The notes below the pieces were generated by a model, which did no database searches, had not been told where the DNA came from, and was given only the letters and a program-made list of their open reading frames with translations. 64,000 bases of DNA from Alphaproteobacteria bacterium (GTDB lineage: Bacteria; Pseudomonadota; Alphaproteobacteria; JAQWUY01). Position 1 is the stretch's first letter; every line of letters starts with the position of its first letter. Both the position numbers and the translations under genes were made by a program. Shown here piece after piece: positions 62,545 through 64,000 of this stretch. The stretch lies in NCBI GenBank assembly GCA_029250225.1, contig JAQWUY010000031.1, positions 226,948 to 290,947 of the forward strand, in the 5' to 3' direction.

Positions 62545-63933
62545 TTAAGACTTCTTAGCCGATGCCTTTTTAGCCTTTGTTTTCTTAGAAGGCTTCTTTT
62601 TATCAGAGCTATCATTTTCATCATTCAACATTTTTTCAATGTCTTTAGAATCCATTAATTTTTCTTTCGTATCAGCTTTTTCAAGAATCATATCAATAAC
62701 TTTTTCCTCTAAGATAGGAGCTCTTAATTGCTCTAATACTTGTGGGTTTTTCTGATAGTATTCAAAAACCTGCATTTCTTGACCTGGATATCTTTGAGCT
62801 TCACTCATTACTGCACGGTTAATATCATCTTGAGTTACTTCAACTTTTAATTCACTTGCTATTTCTGTCAATAATAAACCTAGGCGAACGCGACGCAGAG
62901 CAATTTCTTTGTATTCTTTTTCTAGTTCTTTATCAGATTTATTAGCATCTTCGTCTTCTAGCTTACCTTCTTCTTTTGATTGTTTAACTGATTTCCAAAT
63001 TTCATCAAATTCTTGTTCAACAATAATACTAGGTACATCAAATTTATGGCCTGCATCTAACTGATTCATTAAATCTTTTTTAATTAAGTTGCGAGTAGAG
63101 CCATCGAATTTAGAGCTAAGTTGTTTTTTAACATTTTCTTTTAATTCTGCTAAATCTTTTAAGCCAACTTTTTTAGCCATTTCATCGTCAATTTTTGTCT
63201 CAACGAATTCTTTTACTTCTTTAACTTTACACTCAAACACAGCATCTTTGCCAGCTAAGTTAGGTGCGTGGTATTCATCTGGGAATTTTACATTAACATC
63301 TTTGCTATCACCAGCTTTTGTACCGATTAATTGATCTTCGAAACCAGGAATAAATGAATTTGAACCTAATTCAAGATTATGGTCATTACCAGCACCACCT
63401 TCAAAAGCAACATCATCAACTTTACCCAAGAAATCAATTACAACTAAGTCACCTTTTTTCGCTTCACGCTCAACTTTTTTGCTATCGCGGAAATCTTTTG
63501 CCAAGCCTACTAGTGCTTCGTCAACTTCTTTGTCAGAAACATTTGCTTTAATAGTTTCAATTTTGATTTTTGATAAATCCATCATTTTTATTTGAGGCAT
63601 CAATACGAATTCAATTGAGAATTCTAGGTCTTTATCAACATCAGCACTTTTAACATCAATTGTCGGTTGAATAGCAGGTCTTATCGAGTTGTCTTTTACT
63701 ATTTTTTCTACTGAACTTTGGATTTGGCTATTAACAACCTCTCCGAAAGCGTTTTCCCCGAATTTTTTTTGTAACACAGATTTTGGAGCTTTACCTTTGC
63801 GGAAGCCTGGTATATCTGCTTTTTCACCATATTCCGATAATTTACTATCGATATCTGATGAAATGGTTTTAGCTGGAATTGACACAGAATATTGTGCCAA
63901 AGTTGAATCTTTTTTAATTTCTGAAATTTTCAT
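62545..63933 (-). CDS. tig: Trigger factor with Lys-rich C-terminal tail
   Basis: 462 aa. Ribosome-binding N-domain (...GFRKGKAP...), FKBP-like PPIase middle domain, tail ...[18 protein letters not shown]. Confidence 0.93.
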   Translation of the reverse strand: MKISEIKKDSTLAQYSVSIPAKTISSDIDSKLSEYGEKADIPGFRKGKAPKSVLQKKFGENAFGEVVNSQIQSSVEKIVKDNSIRPAIQPTIDVKSADVDKDLEFSIEFVLMPQIKMMDLSKIKIETIKANVSDKEVDEALVGLAKDFRDSKKVEREAKKGDLVVIDFLGKVDDVAFEGGAGNDHNLELGSNSFIPGFEDQLIGTKAGDSKDVNVKFPDEYHAPNLAGKDAVFECKVKEVKEFVETKIDDEMAKKVGLKDLAELKENVKKQLSSKFDGSTRNLIKKDLMNQLDAGHKFDVPSIIVEQEFDEIWKSVKQSKEEGKLEDEDANKSDKELEKEYKEIALRRVRLGLLLTEIASELKVEVTQDDINRAVMSEAQRYPGQEMQVFEYYQKNPQVLEQLRAPILEEKVIDMILEKADTKEKLMDSKDIEKMLNDENDSSDKKKPSKKTKAKKASAKKS

Positions 63934-63970
63934 TGTAATATATAACCCATTCTATAAAAAAATTTAATAA

Positions 63971-64000
63971 TGGTGCGGGTGAGAGGACTTGAACCTCCAC
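63971..64000 (-). tRNA. tRNA 3' portion (T-arm, acceptor, CCA), truncated by the window end; possibly tRNA-Leu
   Basis: rc of 63971-64000 is GTGGAGGTTCAAGTCCTCTCACCCGCACCA: T-loop GGTTCAAGTCC, 7-nt acceptor strand, discriminator A, encoded CCA. Isotype not determinable from this fragment. Confidence 0.6.

Noticed and set aside
1-64000. CRISPR arrays, IS elements, integrases, phage genes, toxin-antitoxin pairs, rRNA/tmRNA/RNase P
   Set aside because: No direct-repeat/spacer arrays and no transposase or recombinase-like ORFs. No intergenic region is long enough and GC-rich enough for a structured RNA gene other than the partial tRNA at 63971-64000.

Overview
This window is a 64-kb chromosomal segment from an AT-rich (about 30% GC by eye) alphaproteobacterium with the standard genetic code. 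TGA is read as a stop (cobC ends ATATGA, overlapping the cobU ATG). It is almost entirely conserved housekeeping genes, and I found no mobile elements, CRISPR arrays, rRNA genes or prophage. In order, the window carries: mltG (5' partial, found by hand); acpP, fabG, fabD (minus strand); rpsF, rpsR, rplI; dnaB, alr; mlaE, mlaF; radA, cvpA; der, bamB and a YfgM-like TPR protein (minus strand); gcrA, a Ppx/GppA phosphatase, rlmE, an RsmB-like methyltransferase; an RND efflux pair; pssA and psd (minus strand); a eukaryote-like NADP isocitrate dehydrogenase; a cobalamin nucleotide-loop salvage cluster with cobT divergent from cobS, cobC, cobU, cobW and a membrane protein; alaS and recA; crcB, an RluC/D-family pseudouridine synthase, a HAD hydrolase and an ATP12-like gene; and rarA. 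The remainder is one long minus-strand ribosomal superoperon. It runs alpha (rplQ, rpoA, rpsK, rpsM), adk, secY, the spc and S10 blocks, tuf, fusA, rpsG, rpsL, then hupB, lon, clpX, clpP and tig. A partial tRNA 3' end sits at the window edge. A 58-aa rpmD (L30) that the ORF track omits was recovered by hand between rplO and rpsE. GcrA, ATP12 and the str/S10/spc/alpha and tig-clpP-clpX-lon-hupB syntenies place the organism in the Alphaproteobacteria. The AT-richness and tailed proteins suggest a host-associated or reduced-genome lineage, which is inference only. I found no obviously novel protein system. The interesting signals are regulatory and architectural: a compact cobalamin lower-ligand salvage cluster with no corrin-ring genes in the window; a perfect alphaproteobacterial LexA box upstream of recA; lysine-rich low-complexity C-terminal tails on L17 (partly a 27-bp tandem repeat), ClpX (a hexanucleotide repeat) and Tig; an intrinsic-terminator-like hairpin inside the spc operon between rplO and secY; structured leaders or spacers upstream of rplQ, rpsM, rpsL, rpsF and rpsJ; and tandem GANTC motifs in the gcrA promoter.
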